From: Bdellovibrionales bacterium RIFOXYD12_FULL_39_22
Lineage (GTDB): Bacteria > Bdellovibrionota > Bacteriovoracia > Bacteriovoracales > Bacteriovoracaceae
NCBI GenBank assembly: GCA_001770205.1
Contig: MEQL01000054.1
Span: forward strand, 1 to 64,000
Direction of reading: 5' to 3'
Length of the DNA stretch: 64,000 bases
Below the pieces are notes generated by a model that ran no database searches, had not been told where the DNA came from, and saw nothing but the letters and a program-made list of their open reading frames with translations. Shown here piece by piece: positions 9,028 through 19,627 of the stretch. A program made the translations under genes and the position numbers. Each line of letters opens with the position of its first letter. Within the stretch, counting starts at the first letter, position 1.

Positions 9028-12000
9028 ATGGAGTATAGCTTGCGTATCATTGCCGTTATTGCATCCGCTTCTTTAACGCTTTTATTGGCGCTATCTTGCG
9101 TTCCAAATAGGCCAGTTGGCAGCGAAGTCTCTTGCCCTCCCCAGATGGAGTTTAGCAGCAAGACCAGAAGCTGCGAACCTTCCACTACTATCATTCAGCA
9201 AGTTACAATTTTAGAAGATAGTAGCGAACTAGTCGAACTAGATTACTACAATCACTACAATACTGTTGCCTCTGCTTGCTCAATTATCTCCGTCTCCCCT
9301 TCCAACGAAGAATTGATTGAAGTTACCAGTTGCTATTGTAGTGCCGGGATCTGCTACGCCATGGTAGAAGGGGCCGATAATGCTCACGGCAATGGCCAAT
9401 TTCGCTTTTCTATCAGAGATGATGCTGGATCCTATGATCCAATTACGGTGGGTGTTACTGTTACTTCCGTTAACGATCCTCCTATTGCCGAAGATGTTAC
9501 ACTTCCCTGTGATGATCCAGAAAACGACTGTGGAGATGACCTCGTAAATGTTGACGGAGAGCTTGTAGGATACGATTTTCGTGACAATGATAATAATCTA
9601 ACTTATCAGGTGACCGCAGGCCCCTCCGTATCACTAGGTGGTGTGGACTATGGTACGGCGGGCAGCGTAACGATAGATAGCGATGGAGACTTTCACTATC
9701 ACCCATCTGAGAATTTTTTTACTACTGCTCCAAACAATCATACGAGCTACGAAGTTACTTTTTCTTATCGAGTAATTGATAGTGAGGGGGCCAGATCAAA
9801 TCTGGCGACAGTAACAATCCCCATCACACCGATAGATGATCCTCCAGTTAGTGACATCACAACTACCGCTAGTAGTGCTACTATGCCCGAAGGATTGGCC
9901 GGAGTAGTTGGTGGTTTTAATGTTACGCTACACTACATTGATCCTGATGGTGACTTGGCCACTGGGTGTGCGATCACCGATTTTGCAGGACTCACTTTGG
10001 GTGGAGGGTGTATTTGCGCGGTGGGTGTCTGTACCATCAATGTCAGTGGCCTTGATAACAGTGATTACAATAATACGGCCCAATCTGACTATATCGTTAA
10101 TCCTCCTTATCTTGAATACGAAGTTGTTGCTAACGCAATCACCTCTGATAATGAAATGGCCGAGCTTACTAATATTACCCCGGTGAACGACCCTCCTGCC
10201 CTCGATACTAATGATGCTGCCTCAGTTGAACCATTGGCCACCACTTCTATTGTCAATAATGTCTTCCCGGCCGTAGACGAAATAACTGCTGATGAAGATA
10301 CCATCTTTACCATTAAAGATGTTCCCATTGCTGCTGGTAATCTAGATGACTATTTGGAATACTACCAGGATTTCACGATCAAGATAACAAGTTCGGACCA
10401 AACCATTGTTAGTGATGAAGATATTAAGATAAGCTTCAACGGCGGGGCCTTTAGTAGCAGTAACGAAACAACTATCTCTTCTGCCACTTTTATGGATGGA
10501 TATGTTGGCCTGTATGATATTACTGAGCGTTACATCGATATTCAAGTTACTCCGCAAGCAGAGCAATCAACCCCTGCTCTGTCACCCATAACTTTAACAA
10601 TTAACATTAAAGATGACGATTCAGATGGCGGTGTGGATGAAAATGAATCCTCATATAACTATACTCTGCACATAACTAATGTTGATGATCCTCCTACCGT
10701 GGCCTTTGATAGCGAAATCAATGCTGGATTGGTATCAAACGAAACAAATGAAGTTGTCGTAACCGGAATTACCCTCGGAGAAGGTGGCGATGATGGAGAA
10801 GATGGCCAAACTCTCTCTGTCCAATTCAGCTCAGATAATGAAGACCTACTGCCTGTTAGCATTGCTAATATCGCAGCGTATTTTGATATAGATAATGATG
10901 GACTGGCCGACTCAAACGAAGCGGTAACTTTAGATCCTATAACGGTAGATGGAGTGATTGAGATTGGCCTTCTAGGAAATCCAGGAGAACCAGCAGCAGA
11001 CGTCTCTTTGCATAGACTAATTTTAAAACTACGGCCAGTTGCTGGAGCATATGGCGAAGTGAACGTAGGAGTTAGAGTTTCTGATGATGGCACATTTGAT
11101 GACAGCACTGATGACCCTACCTCCTATTTTAAATTGACGATCAATCCCGTTGGCGCACGCCATGGCGGTTGGAAAAATATTTCGGCCGTTGGCCCCAAAC
11201 AAGATCGTCGAAATAATGTGATTAATAAAATCACTTGCGATTTTTCACAAAACTCCTGTGGAACAACAACTCTAACCGATTGCTCAGGAGCAAAATCACC
11301 TCTTACTTCACCGGCCACCACCGCCGGCAAAAAAAATGCTATTTACTATGATAGTGCGAATAATAAGTGTTTCGTTAACACCTCCACCGATAGTACTGGC
11401 TGGAGTGAAATGAAATATCTCGCTTGTAATATCTCCTCCAGTGATAGTGAAGATGGTGTAGCTAGCTGTGCAGGGGCCTATTTGTTATCAGTCGAAGGGC
11501 CCTCCTATGCTCATAGCAGCGAATGTAGCAAATTTGTAGTAAACGCCATTGATGCCAATGGTAATCCCTTTACTCCTTACGAAGATCGACTGCTCATATT
11601 AACTGACGGTGCGGCCGGCGGAGATTTTTATTCCGAGGCCTCTTGCTCTACAGCGCTGGCCGGCGACAACATAACCATTGCGGCCTTCACCAGCAGCAAA
11701 GAATTTTATTATGAAGGTGATTCAACTGCCATTTCAGTGGCCGAAGTAATAGCTGGAACTCCCGCACTGGCCGCCTCAACTATGACGCTTACCACCGATA
11801 ATTCTAGCAGTGGGTCCTTTATTATAGCTGGCCCTAGCACAACCACACCTATGGGATGCCATCACTACACGCTTAATTTAAAAAATCAATATGACAACCT
11901 TACAACTTCATACTCCTCAATAAATGTTACCATAACTACTAGCGATAGCAGTGGTATCATCTACAGCGATGATAACTGTCAAACTACAGACACCACTTTT

Positions 12001-14910
12001 ACTTTAACCCCAGGACTGAGTTCTTTGGATTTTTATCTTACAGATTCACTACCTTCATCTATTGGAACTATTTCAGCGGCCATAACCAGCAGCAACTCGG
12101 CCTATACCACCTTTGACTTTACTTACAATACTTCCGCCTCCCCCAGTATCAGTTGTGTAGGAGATGCGGCCCCAACTATTTTGGCACGTAATGATAAGCG
12201 CGCTGGTTACTACTATGATAAAACCAATAAAGCTTGCTACTACTCCGATCCCTCTGGTGCCTGGCAGCAGTATTACGGAACCACTGATATAACTCTTGAA
12301 TGGAACGATTTTGCCATAACCGGTATCGATTCATTTGAAGGTGTTACTATCTCTGGATGGAATGTTTATCGCCGAGAAGTTGGCAATGATTATGATTGGG
12401 AACATCCGCTTAACCAAGAGATCCTTGACGTCACCACCCTAAATTTTGTTGATAAAACAGCAGTTGATTCCAAAGTTTATTTTTATAAAATTCTTCCTAT
12501 AGATTCTATCAGTTTATTACCAACCCAAACACGCGAAGTAATCTCAGAAGTGCGTCTAACCTCGCCACCTCTGAATATGGCATTCATTCATCGCTGGATG
12601 GCCAATAAAGAAGTATGCGAACTGATGGGAATGAACACCAGTAGCGCATCCCCATATAAATCATATCTAGAAAAAAACTACCGCTGCCCATTCTCTGGGC
12701 CCGGAGAATATAAAACAGCACTGGGTGCTACCTATGAAAGTAGCACCGATCAAACCTACTATGATCTAGGTAAAGATCTTCTCGTCGACTTAGTCGAAAT
12801 TGGTTGTAATTACTCTTATGCCGCTGACTGTTCGGCCGATGGTTGCGTTGGAGCATACGACCCCACTACGGCCGGTGTAATTGCTGACAATAATGGAGAT
12901 GTTTTTTACAATCGTGAAAATGGTAAATGCTACGTAGCAAGTGGTGTAGCGGCAGCGGCCACCACCTGGACGGAGGTAAATTCGGCCCTCGCCGCCGCAA
13001 CTACCATCGGGAATTACTCGCACTTGCCGCCACTGACAAATGTTTCTCAAACACAGGCCAGTGCCCTCTGCGCGGCACGCACTCCGGCCTCCATTGCTGG
13101 CCATGCAGACTCTCCTCTTTCTTATAAGCTACCTACCCGGAAAGAACAGATTGCTTATTCCGCTTGGAGTGACGATCTCTCTGATTCGACAATTCATACC
13201 AATGAACAAGGCCTGCAATTAAATAGTTCTTCCAAGTGTAACTCTTCCGAGGCATCTGGTTTACATGATGAAGAAGAGGGACTTTTTGGTTACGACAATT
13301 CTGACGCTCCAAATGCAACTAATCTCTATTCACTGCCGGCCACCGCCAACTCTGGCATTCGTTCCATCTATACTGGTTCCTCTCAATTAGGGGAATACTA
13401 CCTAACAGAAGCATGTATCTCTCGATACGGTGTTCAAGATTTCATCGGAAACGTTAGCGAATGGGCCAGTGATCAAATGGCCTGTTTCGGCGAAATTAGT
13501 GATAATACCAAATGCCACAACAGTGGCACTGATTCTGAGGCCTGTAACTTTACTTGCACGGCCCTTACCTCTCAAACAGAAAATGGTGCCCTTTTCCCAG
13601 CAGGGGTGTTGCGATTAGATCCCAACAATAACGATTTGGCAGTGACCAATGATGATCCTTTCTTTATCGACTATACTTTAAATGGAATTCAAGGCCCGTG
13701 CAAAGATGCCAATAACGATGGTGTCTGCGATCAATATCTCTCTAGCTGGACACTAGATACTAGGCCCAATTTTGCTGAACGCTTTATCTTTCCGATGGGA
13801 CTTCCCATGAATTTAACCTACCCCACAGACTATGGGTGGAGTAAACTTGCCGCCAATGATGGAAACTCCTTTCTGTACTTACCACTCATCTCTTCCAATA
13901 TTAACAAACTTCATGATGACGTAATCTCTGTCAATGCAGAAGTAGTAAGTCAGGCCACAAACGGAGTGGGTGGTATTGTCTCTGGCGGAAGCTATAAATC
14001 CTACGCCGGTGCTGGCCGCTATCATCTCGAATTAGTACCCGGCAGCGACACCGTTGGCGTTGCCGCCACCTTAGAACTTCCCAGACGACGATCCTACACT
14101 CTAGATTCTGGTGCCTCCGCTGATCCTGTTGCCAATACTACCTTTGCCACTATAGTAGAAAATAATCCGGAAAGTGCTTACACTATAATTTGGGCATTAG
14201 ATGCCGCCGTTGATGATGATAGTGTCTCCATTGCTACTGCAGGAACTGTTATTACCGTAACCATCAACGACACTCCGACGGGACTTACCTATAGCGGATT
14301 AATTGAACAATTAAATAATAATGCGGCCTTCTCCACCCACTTTTATGCACTAACCCCTCAAGCAGTGATCTCTTCTTTGGGAGATGATTTATACAACGAT
14401 CTTAGTAACATTCCTCCTGAGTTATCCGGCCCTGTGACTGATTATGATTCAGCATCCTATGTTGCTACCGGCCCTGCCGTATATGAGCTACTATTAACGG
14501 CCAACACTGCCGGATCAGCAGGAAATAATATTATGCTAGAATTAGTGGCCGGTGGAACGGCCGGTAACGAAGTCGTAAGCATTAGCAGTAACACCATCTC
14601 TATTCTGATTGAAGAAGGCGTTTCCACCAATTACGACATCTATCAAGCGATAATAAACGATACCATCGCTAACGCCCTCGTAAGCGCTACTGATGACGCT
14701 TCTCCACCTGTAATTCCTCCCGCTCCTCCTGCGGCCACTAATCCGCTCTTTGCCATCCCCCCAACTAATTTGTCTGGTGGCATTGATCCGGCCTATAATA
14801 GGCGGCCAGATATAGGTTTCCGCTGTCTAATTGAAATTGATAGTACCCACTACTCTGCAGATTCTATCCATGACAGTGGAATAAACCATTACAATTATAG
14901 TCCTGACTAA
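9028..14910 (+). CDS. giant surface lipoprotein/adhesin: cadherin/Ig-like repeats, Cys-rich repeats, Fn3-like and split FGE-sulfatase (CLec-fold) domain
   Basis: LALSC lipobox; VNDPP/IDDPP/VDDPP linkers; YYD....KC repeats; KLPT..EQ, YGVQDFIGNVSEW, GGSY and terminal DIGFRC motifs. Confidence 0.75.
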   Translation: MEYSLRIIAVIASASLTLLLALSCVPNRPVGSEVSCPPQMEFSSKTRSCEPSTTIIQQVTILEDSSELVELDYYNHYNTVASACSIISVSPSNEELIEVTSCYCSAGICYAMVEGADNAHGNGQFRFSIRDDAGSYDPITVGVTVTSVNDPPIAEDVTLPCDDPENDCGDDLVNVDGELVGYDFRDNDNNLTYQVTAGPSVSLGGVDYGTAGSVTIDSDGDFHYHPSENFFTTAPNNHTSYEVTFSYRVIDSEGARSNLATVTIPITPIDDPPVSDITTTASSATMPEGLAGVVGGFNVTLHYIDPDGDLATGCAITDFAGLTLGGGCICAVGVCTINVSGLDNSDYNNTAQSDYIVNPPYLEYEVVANAITSDNEMAELTNITPVNDPPALDTNDAASVEPLATTSIVNNVFPAVDEITADEDTIFTIKDVPIAAGNLDDYLEYYQDFTIKITSSDQTIVSDEDIKISFNGGAFSSSNETTISSATFMDGYVGLYDITERYIDIQVTPQAEQSTPALSPITLTINIKDDDSDGGVDENESSYNYTLHITNVDDPPTVAFDSEINAGLVSNETNEVVVTGITLGEGGDDGEDGQTLSVQFSSDNEDLLPVSIANIAAYFDIDNDGLADSNEAVTLDPITVDGVIEIGLLGNPGEPAADVSLHRLILKLRPVAGAYGEVNVGVRVSDDGTFDDSTDDPTSYFKLTINPVGARHGGWKNISAVGPKQDRRNNVINKITCDFSQNSCGTTTLTDCSGAKSPLTSPATTAGKKNAIYYDSANNKCFVNTSTDSTGWSEMKYLACNISSSDSEDGVASCAGAYLLSVEGPSYAHSSECSKFVVNAIDANGNPFTPYEDRLLILTDGAAGGDFYSEASCSTALAGDNITIAAFTSSKEFYYEGDSTAISVAEVIAGTPALAASTMTLTTDNSSSGSFIIAGPSTTTPMGCHHYTLNLKNQYDNLTTSYSSINVTITTSDSSGIIYSDDNCQTTDTTFTLTPGLSSLDFYLTDSLPSSIGTISAAITSSNSAYTTFDFTYNTSASPSISCVGDAAPTILARNDKRAGYYYDKTNKACYYSDPSGAWQQYYGTTDITLEWNDFAITGIDSFEGVTISGWNVYRREVGNDYDWEHPLNQEILDVTTLNFVDKTAVDSKVYFYKILPIDSISLLPTQTREVISEVRLTSPPLNMAFIHRWMANKEVCELMGMNTSSASPYKSYLEKNYRCPFSGPGEYKTALGATYESSTDQTYYDLGKDLLVDLVEIGCNYSYAADCSADGCVGAYDPTTAGVIADNNGDVFYNRENGKCYVASGVAAAATTWTEVNSALAAATTIGNYSHLPPLTNVSQTQASALCAARTPASIAGHADSPLSYKLPTRKEQIAYSAWSDDLSDSTIHTNEQGLQLNSSSKCNSSEASGLHDEEEGLFGYDNSDAPNATNLYSLPATANSGIRSIYTGSSQLGEYYLTEACISRYGVQDFIGNVSEWASDQMACFGEISDNTKCHNSGTDSEACNFTCTALTSQTENGALFPAGVLRLDPNNNDLAVTNDDPFFIDYTLNGIQGPCKDANNDGVCDQYLSSWTLDTRPNFAERFIFPMGLPMNLTYPTDYGWSKLAANDGNSFLYLPLISSNINKLHDDVISVNAEVVSQATNGVGGIVSGGSYKSYAGAGRYHLELVPGSDTVGVAATLELPRRRSYTLDSGASADPVANTTFATIVENNPESAYTIIWALDAAVDDDSVSIATAGTVITVTINDTPTGLTYSGLIEQLNNNAAFSTHFYALTPQAVISSLGDDLYNDLSNIPPELSGPVTDYDSASYVATGPAVYELLLTANTAGSAGNNIMLELVAGGTAGNEVVSISSNTISILIEEGVSTNYDIYQAIINDTIANALVSATDDASPPVIPPAPPAATNPLFAIPPTNLSGGIDPAYNRRPDIGFRCLIEIDSTHYSADSIHDSGINHYNYSPD

Positions 14911-16078
14911 ATGGTAATATATACTTCATTTCTCCCTCAGGAAATAATACTCACTCTGGCCAAACACTCTCCTCTCCTTGGCGATCTCTGGAAAAAGCAA
15001 GATCTTCGCTTACTGCCGGCGATATTGCTTATGTTAGAGGAGGATTATACCTGGAAAGTGATTCATCCTCTGTTTCACCAAACGTATCATTCATCCATTT
15101 TCTCAATAATAATCACAACGCTGGAACAGAAAATAATAGAATTGCCATTGCTGGTTATCCTGCTGAAGAGGCAGTTTTTGGAGATGGAACACCTGCTATC
15201 CCCAAATTTATGCGCCAGGCCGGTTACCAACCAACAGTTGACCATTTAGACTATTGGACCTTCTCCAAGCTAAAATGCCAAATGGACTTTTCAGTTTGGC
15301 ACATGGGAACTGGTAGTGCTAGCACTGCCAACTTCTTGCGCATTGTTGGATTTGACGCCACAACAACATATGCAGATACAGGACATGGAATTGCCTTTTT
15401 ATTTGCAGGAAATCTTTCTAATAACGATACCCGATTCCTGGGAAATTATGTTCATCATACAGGAAAACCACTAGATTGGAAGGCCGAAGATGGCCCTGGC
15501 TATCGAGTTGGGCCACTATATTTTCAGGGTTTTGGCCCTCATGGAAGAGTGGAAATTGGCTGGTGTGAATTTGCATATAATAACGGCCAATCTCAATTCT
15601 TTGGACACTACAGCACAGACAGAATAAATGAGCTACATTACCATGATAACGAAATACACCATACATCTACACCCCCCTGGATTGGCGGTGCAGTGGCAGT
15701 TTCCGCGGTGTTTGGAGGTGGGGATGCTAATTCAACCCTACCCTATTGTTGATTACGCATATCTAACAACGGCATATATATATAACAACGTATTTCACCA
15801 TAATGGCGGAGGAATAAGAGTGGCCGATAACAACACACGGGGAGGCCATGGAGGAAACCATTATTACTGGCATAACACTTTTTATGGAAATACTGACCCC
15901 ACTCAAAGGGAGTTTTCTATTGGGGACATCGACAATCTTACCTGGGTGAATAATATCGTCTACACCATCGTCTCCTGCTCTCAACACAGGTACAAACGTA
16001 ACATTCACCCAAAATGACTTTCAAGGATGCCCGCGGCCCGATGAAACAATTAGTGATATTGGGGCATTCGAGTATTAA
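14910..16078 (+). pseudogene. degraded paralog of the beta-helix gene at 2654-4402
   Basis: Startless frame from 14910 (NGNIYFISPSGNN..SPWRSLEKA..LTAGDIAYVRGG); frameshift near 15745; third frame 15971-16078 SPALNTG..DIGAFEY after an internal deletion. Confidence 0.8.
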
Positions 16079-16096
16079 AATCTACTACTAGTACAG

Positions 16097-16537
16097 CTAC
16101 TTTTTCATCTTCTCCAACGCATTATTGACCACCTCGGCCAAATCGGTAAAATAGTCAGTTTTTCTAAAATTAATCGGACGAATTATCCCATTGTTAAAAA
16201 TTTCTAAAAAATGGGCCTTTAAACGGACAATAGGCCCAACTAAACGATGTGAAAAATAGATGGTAAATAAAACCGAGAAAACAAGTGAAATAAAACTGGC
16301 AATCGTCATGTTAACCATTAAATTGTGAGTCTGAATATTAATAAACTTAAAATAATTATGATCGGGGGGAAGATTGGCCCGCACTCCCAGGCCATTGATA
16401 TAAGCAAAAGAGCGGTATATTTGTACCCCAAATACTGTAATGACCACGAAGAGAATAAAAGAATTGATGGCCACTAAAGTATATTGAAACTGGGGATAAA
16501 TAATATATTTAAAACGCCATTTACTTTCTCCACTCAT
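16097..16537 (-). CDS. two-TM membrane protein with HAMP-like C-terminus
   Basis: Two hydrophobic helices then SHRLVGPIVRL...FRKTDYF.DLA..VN. Confidence 0.7.
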   Translation of the reverse strand: MSGESKWRFKYIIYPQFQYTLVAINSFILFVVITVFGVQIYRSFAYINGLGVRANLPPDHNYFKFINIQTHNLMVNMTIASFISLVFSVLFTIYFSHRLVGPIVRLKAHFLEIFNNGIIRPINFRKTDYFTDLAEVVNNALEKMKK

Positions 16538-16713
16538 GCGCCTCTCCTTAATGCTAAAAGCTAATGCTAAAAACTATATAATCCTTTAATTTCACTATAC
16601 TGCCTGAATATCAATATTATCCTCTGTAAAAAATCTCTTGGCAATCTCCCCAATAGGTATATTTTTTCCACTCCCTTCCCAACCACCTTGATTGGGAGTA
16701 TATCTAGCAAACA

Positions 16714-17160
16714 ATGACTAGCGAAAAGATAAACTATACTGTTGTCAAAAAGTGGCCGACTCAAGAGATCGTCGATCTTTACTCTTCTGCAGGATGGTGG
16801 AAAGAAAGTAGCGCCGCCCGCGATGCCATTCCCCAAATAATTACCGGAAGTTTTTGCTTTATGGTGGCCACCATTTATGATTCTCAAAAGCATTGCGAGC
16901 ATGCAATAGGCATGGGCCGCACCTTGTCTGATGGTGTCAGTGATGCCTACATTCAAGATTTAGTAGTTTTAAAAGAATATAGAAAATTTGGTATTGGAAA
17001 AATTCTCACAGAGAAATTAACCAACTACTGTCAAGAACGAGGTATTGTATGGATAGGACTTATTGCGGAACCGAACACATCCAGCTTTTACGAAAAAATT
17101 GGTTACAAAGTAATCCCTCAATTTATTCCCATGAGATTTCCCACTCGGGAGTTGCCTTAA
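16714..17160 (+). CDS. GNAT family N-acetyltransferase
   Basis: IGMGR.LSDG..DAYIQDLVV..EYRKFGIG...FYEKIGY. Confidence 0.9.
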   Translation: MTSEKINYTVVKKWPTQEIVDLYSSAGWWKESSAARDAIPQIITGSFCFMVATIYDSQKHCEHAIGMGRTLSDGVSDAYIQDLVVLKEYRKFGIGKILTEKLTNYCQERGIVWIGLIAEPNTSSFYEKIGYKVIPQFIPMRFPTRELP

Positions 17161-18107
17161 TGGATGGCAGCTCTTTTCTCGGACTACCCTTTGCCCCAGT
17201 TTCCCTAGAATCTCATTCTAAAATTAAAACACATCTTGAGCGCAATCCATCGCCAATTGCCGGATATACCTTTGCTTCTATGGTGGCCTGGGCAGAAAAT
17301 TACAACTTCCACTGGGCCTTCTTTAATCCTGATTGTTTGTTAATTGCCCGCCCTTACCAAAACGGTAATAATCAGGAGTGGCATTTACTACAACCCATCG
17401 GCCAATTACCAGACAATTTTTTTCCATGGCTTTTTAGTAAAGCAGAGCGACTCCCCTATCCATTAGAAATTTTAAGCTGTTCTGCTGATTTTTTAGAAAA
17501 AATTACTCCCTATACTGCACACTTTGAAATCGAAGAAGATCGGGCCGGTGCTAACTACATCTACTTAGCATCTGATCTGGCCACTCTGGCCAGCTCCAAA
17601 TATTCTAAAAAACGCAATCTAGTGGCCCAATTTTTAAAACTCTATCCAAATTGGGAAGCAACCCCTATTTCTAAAGAATGCAATGCACACTGTTTGGAAA
17701 TTCTCATGTCCATGGCATCCGCTGATGGAATTCCATCAAACGATCCCTCGCTGGCCGCCGAATTGCGCGCTTTAGAATTCACTCTAAAACATTTTAATGA
17801 ACTAGATCAAGCAGGTGTGGCCATTCGCATTGACGGACAACCAGTGGCATTTTCTATTTTTGAACGCCAGAGTTCTGAAATGGCGGTAGTTCATTTTGAA
17901 AAGGCCGATCGAAAATATAAGGGGCTCTATCAAATTATCAATCGCGAAACCTCCAAGCAAATTCAATCGCTCAACTACACGCTTATAAATCGCGAGGAGG
18001 ATGTCGGCGACGATGGATTGCGCCAAGCAAAACTCTCCTATGCCCCAGTCGAGCTAACCTCTGTCTTTAATTTACTATTAAAACAATGCAACAAGCTTCC
18101 ATGCTAA
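17160..18107 (+). CDS. DUF2156 / aminoacyl-transferase-like domain protein
   Basis: NYIY...DLATL..KYSKKRN, VHFEKA....GLYQ.IN, INREEDVG.DGLRQAKLSY.P; ATG overlaps the GNAT stop (TAATG). Confidence 0.85.
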   Translation: MDGSSFLGLPFAPVSLESHSKIKTHLERNPSPIAGYTFASMVAWAENYNFHWAFFNPDCLLIARPYQNGNNQEWHLLQPIGQLPDNFFPWLFSKAERLPYPLEILSCSADFLEKITPYTAHFEIEEDRAGANYIYLASDLATLASSKYSKKRNLVAQFLKLYPNWEATPISKECNAHCLEILMSMASADGIPSNDPSLAAELRALEFTLKHFNELDQAGVAIRIDGQPVAFSIFERQSSEMAVVHFEKADRKYKGLYQIINRETSKQIQSLNYTLINREEDVGDDGLRQAKLSYAPVELTSVFNLLLKQCNKLPC

Positions 18108-18721
18108 GTCGACTCTCTGACTATCTCAAACATAACCAACTACCAAAGGCCCAGGCCTGGGCGGCCATGGCCCCTCCTGCCCGTCTTACTGATCTGGCCT
18201 TGTACAATCAAAACACAAATTGCCTCTCTCCGGCCGCAGTGGCCGTAAACCTTTACTGCAAAGATGGCCAATGGTTTTTTCCTCTTATCAGGCGAAATGA
18301 GGATGGCCTTCCCCATAGCGGACAAATGGCCTTGCCGGGAGGGCGAATAGAACCAGGAGAGAGCGCTATTGATGCGGCCATTCGTGAATGCCAAGAGGAA
18401 ATTGGACTAGCTCTGCGGCCAACAAATGTTATTGGCCAACTATCACCACTTCCTATCCCTGTTAGTAATTTTCTGGTAATTCCCATCGTAACAACCTGCT
18501 CACCACCGAAGGCCTTTATCAGACAAGAAAGAGAAGTAGCGGCCATTTATGAAATAAATCTAACAGAGCTTTTAGCAAAAGACTCTAAAGATAGTTTTTT
18601 GTATCAAGGAACTCCAACGCCATGTTACCGTTTGGCCCAGCAAATTGTGTGGGGGGCAACTGCCATGATTCTATCAGAATTAGAATATATCTGGATACGC
18701 GGCCAAGAAAGTTGTTCCTAG
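18101..18721 (+). CDS. Nudix hydrolase, CoA pyrophosphatase-like
   Basis: HSGQMALPGG.IEPGE....AAIRECQEEIG Nudix box; VWGATA. Confidence 0.9.
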   Translation: MLSRLSDYLKHNQLPKAQAWAAMAPPARLTDLALYNQNTNCLSPAAVAVNLYCKDGQWFFPLIRRNEDGLPHSGQMALPGGRIEPGESAIDAAIRECQEEIGLALRPTNVIGQLSPLPIPVSNFLVIPIVTTCSPPKAFIRQEREVAAIYEINLTELLAKDSKDSFLYQGTPTPCYRLAQQIVWGATAMILSELEYIWIRGQESCS

Positions 18722-18993
18722 TCAGCGTTCCAAGAACGCAACCGCGTATGGCAATTAACACATTTTGTCCCCCAACCAGTAACAGAATAAGTACTACTCG
18801 TAGTTCCATGCTCACTTTTTGCCTTATTAAAGTGACAAGGAAGACAGAAGTTAAAATTAGCATGATTAGTGCTCGAGGAATCAAATTTCCAAGTACTATA
18901 TGACTTATGACAGCTACTACAATCTTTACCTGAATAGTGCTCACTTCCTGGATACGCAGGTACATACCTGACTTTGTCCCGATTTTTCCCCAC
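18718..18993 (-). pseudogene. C-terminal fragment of a multiheme cytochrome c
   Basis: Three CxxCH motifs (CSSCH, CLPCH, CVNCH); no signal peptide; 5' end abuts the transposase remnant. Confidence 0.7.
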
Positions 18994-19489
18994 TACAGGA
19001 TATTAAATATGCTCTTCATCAAGTGCACTCAATCTTTCAAATTGAAATACCCGAAAAAAACTTTGATGAAGTCAAAATAGAGGAGTTGGTTGAAATGAAT
19101 GAAAAAATTAAATCGTGCGAAATGGAGATGACTGCTTTGACAGAATATTTACAACAGAAGGGCCATGGGCAAGCAGCGACATATATATCCAATGCACAAA
19201 ACAATCTTTTTACGTATCTTCGCTATTGGATGAAGACAGGTGTCGTCACCCCGAAAGTAACTTCTCGACTTGAAAGGCTGATGAGGGAAATAAATAGAAG
19301 AATAAAAAAATTTGCTTTCAACTGGAGCGAAAAAGGTTGTGCAAAAATAACAAGAATTATTATAAAACTAATTTGTGATCCAAAATCTTGGGAAAATCAT
19401 TGGGACAAAAAAATGAAATTTGGGGGTAATATTAAACTAAGTTTCTGTGGGATTAGTTAGGACTCGCACATCAGTTCTGGGACAATATC
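18990..19489 (+). mobile_element. truncated IS remnant (transposase C-terminus, ISH6/IS256-like) with putative right end
   Basis: AATYI.NA..NLFTY...TSRLERLMREINRRIKK....WSEKG motif; N-terminus absent; CAGTTCTGGGACAATATC end-like sequence at 19472-19489. Confidence 0.65.
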
Positions 19490-19591
19490 CTAATATTAAA
19501 AATCTGGGCCATGCCCGTTATTTCTCAACTTTTATGTTCTTGCTCAGAAAAGCGCACCTTTCTGAGCATTGTTCATTAACTGCCAGCGTTC
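19489..19591. repeat. direct repeat A, copy 1 (103 bp)
   Basis: Ungapped match to 21104-21206, about 20 mismatches by manual alignment, 28-bp identical core. Confidence 0.9.
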
Positions 19592-19627
19592 TCATTAATC
19601 GATCGATCACATTCCTAGATAATCCAA

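Noticed and set aside
8705..9076. 123-aa ORF
   Set aside because: Spans a divergent promoter region with an operator palindrome; no protein-like features
13400..14910. Diversity-generating retroelement targeting the FGE/CLec domain
   Set aside because: No reverse transcriptase and no adenine-variant template repeat seen in the window; a remote DGR cannot be excluded
14911..15249. 112-aa ORF after the giant gene
   Set aside because: Wrong frame; the overlapping frame from 14910 carries the beta-helix homology
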